Positions 34,590-42,558 of a DNA stretch of 43,991 nt are shown here, piece after piece. Both the position numbers and the translations under genes were made by a program. Numbering within the stretch: the first letter of the stretch is position 1; the number at the start of each line of letters is the position of its first letter. The DNA is from Escherichia coli O157 typing phage 9: sequence record KP869107, one strand, 5' to 3'. Below the pieces are notes generated by a model. That model ran no database searches. It had not been told where the DNA came from and saw only the letters and a list, made by a program, of their open reading frames with translations.

Positions 34590-35283
34590 GGTTAACCTCC
34601 AGTTGTGGTGCTGCTTCTATAGCAGCCCTGTAACCAGCAGCATGACCGCGAAAGTTAGCAATCTCTGATAGCCACGCTTTAATCATGGCCTGAGTTGGCT
34701 CCTTCGGCACCATAACCCAACTATCCGGAGTTCCCGGAGAGTTGCCAGCCAGTCTACGCAACACAGCCTTAACCGCCTCAATACGGTCATCATCAACTTT
34801 TTCTACAATATTGGAATTTAAATACTTCGAAGCCTTGCTATGCCAATCGCTGGTTTTAGGGTCTTGTCCATCCATCAAACGCCAAGCTTCAGCGATTAAC
34901 TCATAGCCAGTAACAGTGGCTTCCTGCGCATCACCAATCAGTTGTGTGATCTCTCTTTCAAGCATGCTTAGAGCGTTAGGCATTGGTTTTTCTTCAGGTA
35001 CTACTGGCACCGGAGGGGCGGCATAAACAGGAATAACGTCCGCTTGCTCTTTATTGCTTTCATCCGTTAAAGCCCAGAATAATTTCCCGGCCGGATGTTT
35101 GAAAATATAAGCAACTGGCTCTGCTTCCAGCGATGCCAGCGTAATTTCGGCCAGCTTGAGGTGAATAACCGCCGCATCAGAAGCGCCCGGGACTCTTTCC
35201 ACCGCACCGCGAAGAACCTCAATATTCTTCTTAGCCTGCTCAATCAACTGCTCTTTGGTGAACTCTTTGGTAATAGTGGTCAT
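34582..35283 (-). CDS. Hypothetical protein
   Basis: 233 aa ORF, ATG start; no family recognised. Confidence 0.45.
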   Translation of the reverse strand: MTTITKEFTKEQLIEQAKKNIEVLRGAVERVPGASDAAVIHLKLAEITLASLEAEPVAYIFKHPAGKLFWALTDESNKEQADVIPVYAAPPVPVVPEEKPMPNALSMLEREITQLIGDAQEATVTGYELIAEAWRLMDGQDPKTSDWHSKASKYLNSNIVEKVDDDRIEAVKAVLRRLAGNSPGTPDSWVMVPKEPTQAMIKAWLSEIANFRGHAAGYRAAIEAAPQLEVNRG

Positions 35284-35488
35284 TTATTAATCCTCAAAAC
35301 TTTATGCCCGGGCGCAAAAGCACGCGTTTTGTCTTTGCTTATTCGCCAGCCATCCTTACGTGCCTCTTTTGCACAGCCAGCCCATGACGTACCGATATAC
35401 TCACCGAAGTCTGGCGTTTGATATTTACCATTTGTACACTGGCGACAATCACAGTAGAGATGCATGGTGTAACTTGCGGCAATAGCCA
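35280..35488 (-). CDS. Small Cys-rich hypothetical protein (69 aa)
   Basis: ATG at 35488 with AAGGAG RBS; CDCRQC...C cluster. Confidence 0.45.
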
Positions 35489-35490
35489 TA

Positions 35491-35682
35491 TCAGTCTCCT
35501 TTAGCGCGCAGGTGGTTTTTCCAGCGGTTTTGCGCCGCGCTGCGCTTATCTTTGATTCCCTCTCTGGCAATTCCAGAATATAAGTACAACACCACACGGC
35601 GATTGCTAACTCTCAACCACTGGCTGGGATAGCAACGTCTGTATACACGGGAAATAAGCATCTTTGCTTTACGGTTTTTCAT
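35491..35682 (-). CDS. Arginine-rich micro-protein (63 aa), paralogue of the upstream ORF
   Basis: MKNRKAKMLISRVYRR...; start overlaps the stop of the previous ORF (ATGA). Confidence 0.35.
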   Translation of the reverse strand: MKNRKAKMLISRVYRRCYPSQWLRVSNRRVVLYLYSGIAREGIKDKRSAAQNRWKNHLRAKGD

Positions 35683-35861
35683 CTTACTGCGTACCCTTTC
35701 TTCCGCCTGTTCTGTGACGCGCTGGGCTTTTTGCAACAACTGTGCCCCATCACCCCGCAACACCCCGTCAACCTCACTCGTCTGTTACTAATCCTCAACC
35801 AGCGCCAGACCCCAACACCGTTTCTGCGAGCTAACAGAATTTTTGCCTTACGGTTTTTCAT
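35679..35861 (-). CDS. Arginine-rich micro-protein (60 aa)
   Basis: MKNRKAKILLARRNGVGVWRWLRISNRRV...; start overlaps the stop of the previous ORF (ATGA). Confidence 0.35.
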   Translation of the reverse strand: MKNRKAKILLARRNGVGVWRWLRISNRRVRLTGCCGVMGHSCCKKPSASQNRRKKGYAVR

Positions 35862-35953
35862 CGTTTTGCTCTCCTGCGTTTCTTTGCTTCGCGTCGTGCA
35901 GCCGCAATACCGGTATGGCGGCGCTTTGGTGCAGGGATGATGTTGTCAGCCAT
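35858..35953 (-). CDS. Arginine-rich micro-ORF (31 aa)
   Basis: MADNIIPAPKRRHTGIAAARREAKKRRRAKR; stop overlaps the next ATG; weak RBS. Confidence 0.2.
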   Translation of the reverse strand: MADNIIPAPKRRHTGIAAARREAKKRRRAKR

Positions 35954-36033
35954 CAGGACATGCGGCTTTGCAATTAGCGCAGAAGCCCAAAATCGAGTCG
36001 GATACGGTAACAAGCCGATACATGCCACACGCA

Positions 36034-36732
36034 TTACTCACCTCCTTTGATGCGAATGCCAGCGGCGCGTGGCACATTAACTTCCACGATGCGCACAGTT
36101 GGTTTGTACATCTCAATCGCTGTCAGCCAGTCAGCGCCAGTCATGCGCTTTTCTGCATCGCCATTAGTCCACTTAACCGGTACACCAATAGCCTTCATCG
36201 CGATTTCTATTTCCCCGGCAATGGCGCTTTTTCCGCAACCAGTAAAACCAGAAACAACGACAAGAACTTCACCTTTGGCTGGCTTTATTTCCCGTGCTTC
36301 CAGTTCAGCAATACGCTTACTCCCATCCGAGATAACACCTTCGTAATACTCGCGTTGCTCGTTGAGTTTTGATTTTGCTTCCTCAAGCTCAACACGCAGT
36401 TTCCCTACCGTTAGCGCAATATCCTCGTTCTCCTGGTCACGGCGTTTGATGTATTGCTGGTTTCTTTCCTGTTCATCCAGCAGTGCCAGCACGGTAGCCG
36501 GGTTAGCCTCTGCTATGAATTCAGCGTTTGCATAAGCCTGAGCATCTGATTCAATCAGGCAGTTAACATGACATTCCGCAATCACACCACCGGGTTCTCC
36601 TTTCCATTTTTGGCAAACAAAAACTCCTGTTAAATTGCCGTGCTGGTTAACAGATGTATGCCCTACGATGTAGCTTCCTTTAGTTGCTTTCTCTGCCTTT
36701 TCACGCAGTGCCTGATAGTTAATTTGGGTCAC
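36034..36732 (-). CDS. Hypothetical protein (possibly Ead/Ea22-like, coiled-coil)
   Basis: 232 aa; GTG start with GGAGGA RBS; central coiled-coil-like region. Confidence 0.4.
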   Translation of the reverse strand: MTQINYQALREKAEKATKGSYIVGHTSVNQHGNLTGVFVCQKWKGEPGGVIAECHVNCLIESDAQAYANAEFIAEANPATVLALLDEQERNQQYIKRRDQENEDIALTVGKLRVELEEAKSKLNEQREYYEGVISDGSKRIAELEAREIKPAKGEVLVVVSGFTGCGKSAIAGEIEIAMKAIGVPVKWTNGDAEKRMTGADWLTAIEMYKPTVRIVEVNVPRAAGIRIKGGE

Positions 36733-36938
36733 TCTTCATCCTCCAAGTCGGCAACGGCGTCCATCACATCAGAACCGCGAATAACCTCAAAAGCACGGCA
36801 GGCCATTTGAAATACCAGTTGCTCTTGCGGATGCGGTGATTCCCAATATTTGAATCCAGGGCGATGCGCGTACCCCATCATTGAATAAAAATCACCAGCA
36901 AGCTTAATCGCGGCATCAACAAGCTCTCTGTTAGTCAT
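36729..36938 (-). CDS. Hypothetical small protein
   Basis: ATG at 36938 (track start 36986 would overlap the upstream gene); stop overlaps the next start (GTGA). Confidence 0.35.
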   Translation of the reverse strand: MTNRELVDAAIKLAGDFYSMMGYAHRPGFKYWESPHPQEQLVFQMACRAFEVIRGSDVMDAVADLEDEE

Positions 36939-36949
36939 TCTTTTTCCGC

Positions 36950-37525
36950 TCACTGGTTGCCTCCTTTGCGAATCTGTTCCGCCCATTCTTCTAGGGATTT
37001 CTCCGCATATTCACCGGACAGGCCATCAATCGGGTGTGGTTCATTAGCCAACTCTTCTTTCGCTGACAGAATCATGCGTGTAACGTCGAAAACTTCACGT
37101 AAAGACTTATTGATAAATCCGTGATTGAAAGCAGCAGCAAGACGGCTTGCGGTATAGTTAATCCCCTCGTTGCGTGCTTCCGCACGAATTTCAGCCAGGA
37201 AAGCATCGGTGGCTGGAATGGGCTTTTGTGGTGATATAGCAATGCGAATTGTCTCAAGGTCTGGATCTGTTTCCGCTGCTGGCACCTTGATATAACCCAT
37301 CTGCACCCCATTCATGATGAACCTGCGACGGTCATCACATATCGCCTTCAGCCCCGCATTCTCCGCCGCCATCGCATTAGCACGCACCAGTTGCACTTCC
37401 AGTTGCGTTGCCAAATCGCTGATCAGCTTTGCCACACTACGCATATCAACGGCACCACATTCTGCTTTCAGTTCCGAAGCCATCTCATGCCCGGCGGAAA
37501 CTAACCCTTTGATATTACTTTCCAT
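36950..37525 (-). CDS. Hypothetical protein
   Basis: 191 aa ORF, ATG start. Confidence 0.4.
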   Translation of the reverse strand: MESNIKGLVSAGHEMASELKAECGAVDMRSVAKLISDLATQLEVQLVRANAMAAENAGLKAICDDRRRFIMNGVQMGYIKVPAAETDPDLETIRIAISPQKPIPATDAFLAEIRAEARNEGINYTASRLAAAFNHGFINKSLREVFDVTRMILSAKEELANEPHPIDGLSGEYAEKSLEEWAEQIRKGGNQ

Positions 37526-37586
37526 CTTTACCCTCGCTTATCCACATAACTTATTGATTACATTGATAACTAAAAAGATCGTCGAT

Positions 37587-37931
37587 TCAGAACTCTTCGA
37601 TATTCCAGCCACCACCTGCTTTCTTTGGTTTAACCGTTACCCCGATGATTCGGAACGGATACTGATCTGCGGCGACTTTGGTTTTCACCCTGGCGTCGTC
37701 GGTCCAGAAACCTTTCACTTCGTGCAGTTCCATCTCTCCGGTGGCGAGCATCACAGCGAAATCGGGCGTATAAAACGTGTTGTCAGCCAGCCGCAGCTTG
37801 ATACCCTCGAACCGATACCAGGCGACTTCCCCTGCACGTTTACGCTGCTCAAGGTGCTGGCAATACGCAGATTCTGTTTTGTTCATCTGGCCTGTTTTGA
37901 GTCGACCAAGAGCCTGTATCTGTTTTCTCAT
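37587..37931 (-). CDS. DUF1064-like phage protein
   Basis: 114 aa; pattern EVAWYRFEGIKLRLADNTFYTPDFAV...HEVKG recalled as DUF1064, common in lambdoid early regions. Confidence 0.5.
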   Translation of the reverse strand: MRKQIQALGRLKTGQMNKTESAYCQHLEQRKRAGEVAWYRFEGIKLRLADNTFYTPDFAVMLATGEMELHEVKGFWTDDARVKTKVAADQYPFRIIGVTVKPKKAGGGWNIEEF

Positions 37932-37934
37932 GAT

Positions 37935-38011
37935 TTACCTCTAAGGTAATTAAAAACCACATAAGACACGAAATCAATAGATCTAAGAATATTTTGTTAC
38001 CCATTAGGTAA
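37935..38011. promoter_or_regulatory. Two perfect TTACC-N5-GGTAA sites between the P-like and DUF1064 genes
   Basis: 37935-37949 TTACCtctaaGGTAA; 37997-38011 TTACCcattaGGTAA. Confidence 0.45.
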
Positions 38012-38048
38012 CTATTGAGGCGTAAAAAAATGCGCTATCGCGCTGGTA

Positions 38049-38849
38049 TTACTTGATAAATCCTGCTGCCTTTCCTCGCCTGTATTCCTCCATCAGCCAC
38101 TGCGCCGGTGTTATTCCCCCCAGGGTGGCGGCGTTAGGCATGCACCCGAAACTTCGCCCTGGTGGATGGTAAACATCTCTCCCTGTGTCCGGAGGCGTAC
38201 TCATGGGTTCTGGCTTTGCCTGTATGCTGATCACCGGATCGGGTATCTGCTGTCCGGAAGCCACCTTTTTCGCCCAATCATCGAGCAGCCTGCGCGCGTG
38301 TTTCTCAACCTCAATCTCGCTAAGCTGGCGCTGATACATTGCACGGCGGGTATCACATACGACCCAGTACATAACCGGATGCCGCCACGGGAATCTTTCG
38401 GGACCACCAGGATATAAACTTTTTTCCTTGCTGTACCGGTGAAACTCCGCCATCACATCGTCAATGGTGACGCCAAGAACCATCTTGCTGTCTTTACACC
38501 ACTTGATGAATTGCCCTGGCGACGGCCAGAACGGAGACTCACTGGCGCGGGCGTGGCGCATACCAGCAGAAACCTGTTCACGGGTTCGGATCCCCCCTTC
38601 GGCAAACGCAGCAATCCACTGCTGTTTTGCAGCAACTTCCTGCTCTGGCGTCTTCAGGTTGGTTACCACTGCCGCCGGAAACAGTTGTTTCAGCTGTTTG
38701 AAAAGGGCATCAACAAGCCTCTCTGCTGACATGTTCACCACGTTGTCATTGTTGGTGTACTGATGCTCATAACCTGACATGCGAGAAAGGGCTTCTCCGT
38801 CACGGTTTTGTATCGCGGTAAAAACGTTGTTCACAAGAAATCCTCCCAT
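38049..38849 (-). CDS. Replication protein P-like (helicase loader)
   Basis: 266 aa; segment GIRTREQVSAGMRHARASESPFWPSPGQFIKWCKD aligns by eye with lambda P (GITTMEQVNAGMRVARRQNRPFLPSPGQFVAWCRE). Confidence 0.7.
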   Translation of the reverse strand: MGGFLVNNVFTAIQNRDGEALSRMSGYEHQYTNNDNVVNMSAERLVDALFKQLKQLFPAAVVTNLKTPEQEVAAKQQWIAAFAEGGIRTREQVSAGMRHARASESPFWPSPGQFIKWCKDSKMVLGVTIDDVMAEFHRYSKEKSLYPGGPERFPWRHPVMYWVVCDTRRAMYQRQLSEIEVEKHARRLLDDWAKKVASGQQIPDPVISIQAKPEPMSTPPDTGRDVYHPPGRSFGCMPNAATLGGITPAQWLMEEYRRGKAAGFIK

Positions 38850-39374
38850 GCTTCAGGGCTGTTCCAGTGCGGAACGTTGTTATCAGGTAATGTTGATTGC
38901 TTCTGTCTGCTAATCTGCAGCCGCCTTGCCAGCTTCTGCTCCCACTGTGCCTGATGGTATGCCTTACCCTCAGCCATCCAGTAAATTCTGAACTCTGCAA
39001 GTTCCTGTGCCGTTGGCAGACTGTCCAGGTAGATCCCCTGCAATGAGCTTTTCCGAAGAAAGTCATCTGATGGCTGCCATTGTTCATGCATGACAAATTT
39101 GCCTAATTGCCCTGGCCCACCAAGAGGAACAAAGTTATTCATCACGGCGTTGTTTGCGCCGGGGTCATGATGCACAGAATCCCCGTTTTTTGTCCTGCTC
39201 TCCCTCTCTTGGTTAAATGACTGGTTATATGACTGGTTATATGACTGGTTCTGGATCCCGTTTTTGGGATCATTCAACATCCCGTTTTTGGGATCATTCA
39301 ACATCCCGTTTTTGGGTATATTCCCGTTTTCGGTAACATTACCGTTTTCGGGTTCATTGACCCCCTCTCGGTTG
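38831..39374 (-). CDS. Replication initiator O-like, C-terminal part plus iteron-encoded linker; N-terminus lost in the N run
   Basis: Minus-strand frame open from the N run through the iterons (MLNDPKNG repeats, NQSY repeats) to a stop at 38831; overlaps the P-like start. Confidence 0.6.
39093..39374. repeat. Direct repeat, copy 2 (truncated by N run at 39375)
   Basis: Identical to 1-270 apart from an extra 12-bp tandem unit at 39229-39240. Confidence 0.95.
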
Positions 39375-39474
39375 NNNNNNNNNNNNNNNNNNNNNNNNNN
39401 NNNNNNNNNNNNNNNNNNNNNNNNNNNNNNNNNNNNNNNNNNNNNNNNNNNNNNNNNNNNNNNNNNNNNNNNNN
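39375..39474. other. Run of 100 N (unresolved or masked sequence) at the junction between the two phage modules
   Basis: Read directly. Confidence 1.
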
Positions 39475-40077
39475 CACGGCATTCATCGCATCAAGAACCG
39501 GTGATAAATCCTCACCACCATTACCTTCTGCCTGCTGTGCTGATTGCTGAACACGGGACTGGAGATAGTTATTTTTACGGATGAGCGAAGCCACCGCGTC
39601 ACCAATTTCCGGATACATCTCCCTGATACGGGCAATCTGCTCATCAGAAATTTTTTCGTTTTCCGGTAACGGTGTGGGCTTCATACCGGCCTGGTGGATC
39701 TGAGACGTCAGCAGTTCCACCCTGCGTTTTTCTTCAGCTATCTGCCCACGAAGAAGTGCGGCTTCCTGTTCGGCCCGTTGCTTACCGGAACGTTCAGCCT
39801 CAAGGACTTCATAGGGAATGACGTGTTTACCGTCGCGGGTGAGCACCCCCTTCGCTTCCGGCTCCTTCACGTCCTGCGTCTGCTCCACACTGGCATCCGG
39901 CGTCGGTGCCACATTGTTATCGCCCGTCTGAGTCTGTGCTTCCTCATCCGCATGTTTTTCCGTGGTATCTTCCGTCACGACGTCCTGTGCGTGACTGTCA
40001 ATATCCACATCCCCAAGTCCTTCCAGCATTTTTTCCAGTTGTTCCGGGGTTTCTTCACCCGTAAATTCAAAATCCAT
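39475..40077 (-). CDS. Putative scaffolding-like protein of a P22-type head module, 3' end lost in the N run
   Basis: Acidic N-terminus and coiled-coil-like middle; located downstream of the portal as the scaffold gene is in P22-like phages. Confidence 0.35.
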
Positions 40078-40186
40078 AAATAACTCCGCATGGTCTGTTT
40101 ATCGGACAGATCCGAATGGTTGAGTAAATAAGGCTTATCGCTGCCCCCGCGAATAAGCGCACCGCTCCCGGAACGCTTACCTCCGG

Positions 40187-40216
40187 AAACAAAAAACCCC
40201 GTACGATGACGGGGTT
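40187..40216 (-). terminator. Rho-independent terminator after the P22-type portal gene
   Basis: aacccc-gtacgatgac-ggggtt with T6 on the minus strand. Confidence 0.45.
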
Positions 40217-40235
40217 CAGTTGAAGCCAGAGTTTT

Positions 40236-42336
40236 CAGAGCGACATTTCATTCATCCGCTGTTGTAACGTATACAGCATCTGTTGCTGAAGAACGTCCTG
40301 CTCCTGTTCCATATTCTGTACGCCGGTAATGATTTCTGCCGTATGTGCCTGGTTAAGCGCATNNNNNNNNNNNNNNNNNNNNNNNNNNNNNNNNNNNNNN
40401 NNNNNNNNNNNNNNNNNNNNNNNNNNNNNNNNNNNNNNNNNNNNNNNNNNNNNNNNNNNNNNNNNNNNNNNNNNNNNNNNNNNNNNNNNNNNNNNNNNNN
40501 NNNNNNNNNNNNNNNNNNNNNNNNNNNNNNNNNNNCTGCCTGTTGTTGCTGAAGTGCCTGTTGTTGTGCCGCTACTTCCTGTTCTTCCGGCGTCATTTCA
40601 TCCGGTGATTTTGGCGTCCCCAGCGCAGCACGAATACGCTCAACAAACTCCTGTTTCTGCGGCACATCCAGAAGATTAACCCACAGGTCGAGCACAACAG
40701 CCTGCACCTGAGGCGGCAGCCCCTGAATAACCTCTGACATTCTCTGTGCAAGCTGTGCCTTAAACGCCGGTGTCTGCTGAACAGGCGCCAGCGCAATATG
40801 TGTATTTAACCTTGAAATATCATTGGTCAGTTCACCATTATCACCTTCAGCATTGAGGACAATGGTCTGGCGACGCTGGCGATCATCGCGATTAATCACC
40901 ACTGCATGATTACGGCGTTTTTTCAGGTCATCGAGAAGATAAGCCAGCAACAGTCTTCCCACCTGCTGGCAGGCAAACTGGTAGTTATCGTTGATTTCCG
41001 CAAGGGTTGTGGCCCCCTGCTCCACCAGGTTACTGATAGCCACGCCTGACGTCGCACCTGAATCCTGCCCGAGAAATGCGGAATACACTCCNNNNNNNNN
41101 NNNNNNNNNNNNNNNNNNNNNNNNNNNNNNNNNNNNNNNNNNNNNNNNNNNNNNNNNNNNNNNNNNNNNNNNNNNNNNNNNNNNNNNNNNNNNNNNNNNN
41201 NNNNNNNNNNNNNNNNNNNNNNNNNNNNNNCTGCATGACCTGAAACTGCTGGCTGGCAACCTGAAAATCCTGCTCAACCCGAAAAACATCTGCGACACTT
41301 TTCTGATTTTTTCGGACCGGATTCAGTTTAATAATGCCATCCGGACGTTCGATCTGCTCCATCAGGTCGTTGTCTGACAACTGGGTGGCATCCTCGTCCA
41401 TAATCACGCGTTTGGCCTGAAGCAACCAGGTCAGCTTGATACGACGAAAATTCACCTCATCCTGTGCCGGAATGGCGCGGGAAATTAGCCCGTATGGCTC
41501 CCCGGTTTTATCCTTTCGGTATCCCCAGAAAGGAACCAGCGGAAACATCCCCTGCGGAGCACTACAGGGGCGATCCACAATAAAGTGTGGCCCGACAAAC
41601 CAGGCTTCACGAATACGGCTTACCCGCCCGACTTTCACCTGAACCCGCCCGGATGCCACAGCTACCGCCTGCATCAGATTATTTTTATCAAAGGCCACCA
41701 CCCGTCCATTACTGAGTTCAATCACCGGAAGACGCTCGAATGTACGGTAATAAACCACCTGAAGCAGCACACGACGGCGTTCACGCTGAAGCCATTCGTT
41801 CTGCTGTCGATCCCATGACTGATACTCTTCCCATGCACTCATCAACGGACTGGGCTGGCCTTCAGTAACCGTGGTATCGACAAAACCACGCCAGTCATCA
41901 ATGGCATAATCGATAACCTGAGCCATTCCCGGGAATGTAGCTTTTGCCTCATCGGTATCCATCCAGCGGCGACGCATCAGCCATCGGCAGTCACTTAAAT
42001 CAGCCTCCCGGCTCAGCCAGTCCCAGAAAACCTCATTCCGGCTGACAGTAGACACCTTAAATTCAGGCCCGAACGGATCGCTGTTTCGTCTGACCTCCAC
42101 CCAACTGAGGCCCGCCTTGATTTGTTCCGCATAGGCATCAGAGCGGGCTTTATTCATATTGCCAAGGCGGCATGCATCGGCAAATTCAGCATTAATAGCT
42201 TCAGCCAGTTTTTCAGTTTCATCATCTGGCTCGTCTGACATCACCACCAGATCAGTCCGTGTTTTGGCCTCCATTCCCAGAACGCCATCGACGGTAGGCG
42301 CGATGAGGTTATGGATAGTCATCGGCTGACCGCGAT
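40236..42336 (-). CDS. Portal protein, P22-type, interrupted by N runs (5' end inside the N run at 42337-42558)
   Basis: Long portal-sized reading frame with a Gln-rich C-terminal helical region (QEVAAQQQALQQQQA); true C-terminal frame ...QQRMNEMSL ends at 40236. Confidence 0.55.
40363..40535. other. Run of 173 N inside the portal gene
   Basis: Read directly. Confidence 1.
41092..41230. other. Run of 139 N inside the portal gene
   Basis: Read directly. Confidence 1.
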
Positions 42337-42558
42337 NNNNNNNNNNNNNNNNNNNNNNNNNNNNNNNNNNNNNNNNNNNNNNNNNNNNNNNNNNNNNNNN
42401 NNNNNNNNNNNNNNNNNNNNNNNNNNNNNNNNNNNNNNNNNNNNNNNNNNNNNNNNNNNNNNNNNNNNNNNNNNNNNNNNNNNNNNNNNNNNNNNNNNNN
42501 NNNNNNNNNNNNNNNNNNNNNNNNNNNNNNNNNNNNNNNNNNNNNNNNNNNNNNNNNN
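42337..42558. other. Run of 222 N spanning the terminase/portal gene junction
   Basis: Read directly. Confidence 1.

Larger units (their letters stand above)
1..39092. mobile_element. Complete unit of a temperate epsilon15/phiV10-like podophage genome, circularly permuted relative to the window
   Basis: Full phage gene set (integrase, repressor, replication, lysis, T7-like virion genes, terminase); sequence at 39093-39374 repeats 1-270, so the unit closes on itself at 39092 bp; no host genes seen. Confidence 0.7.
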
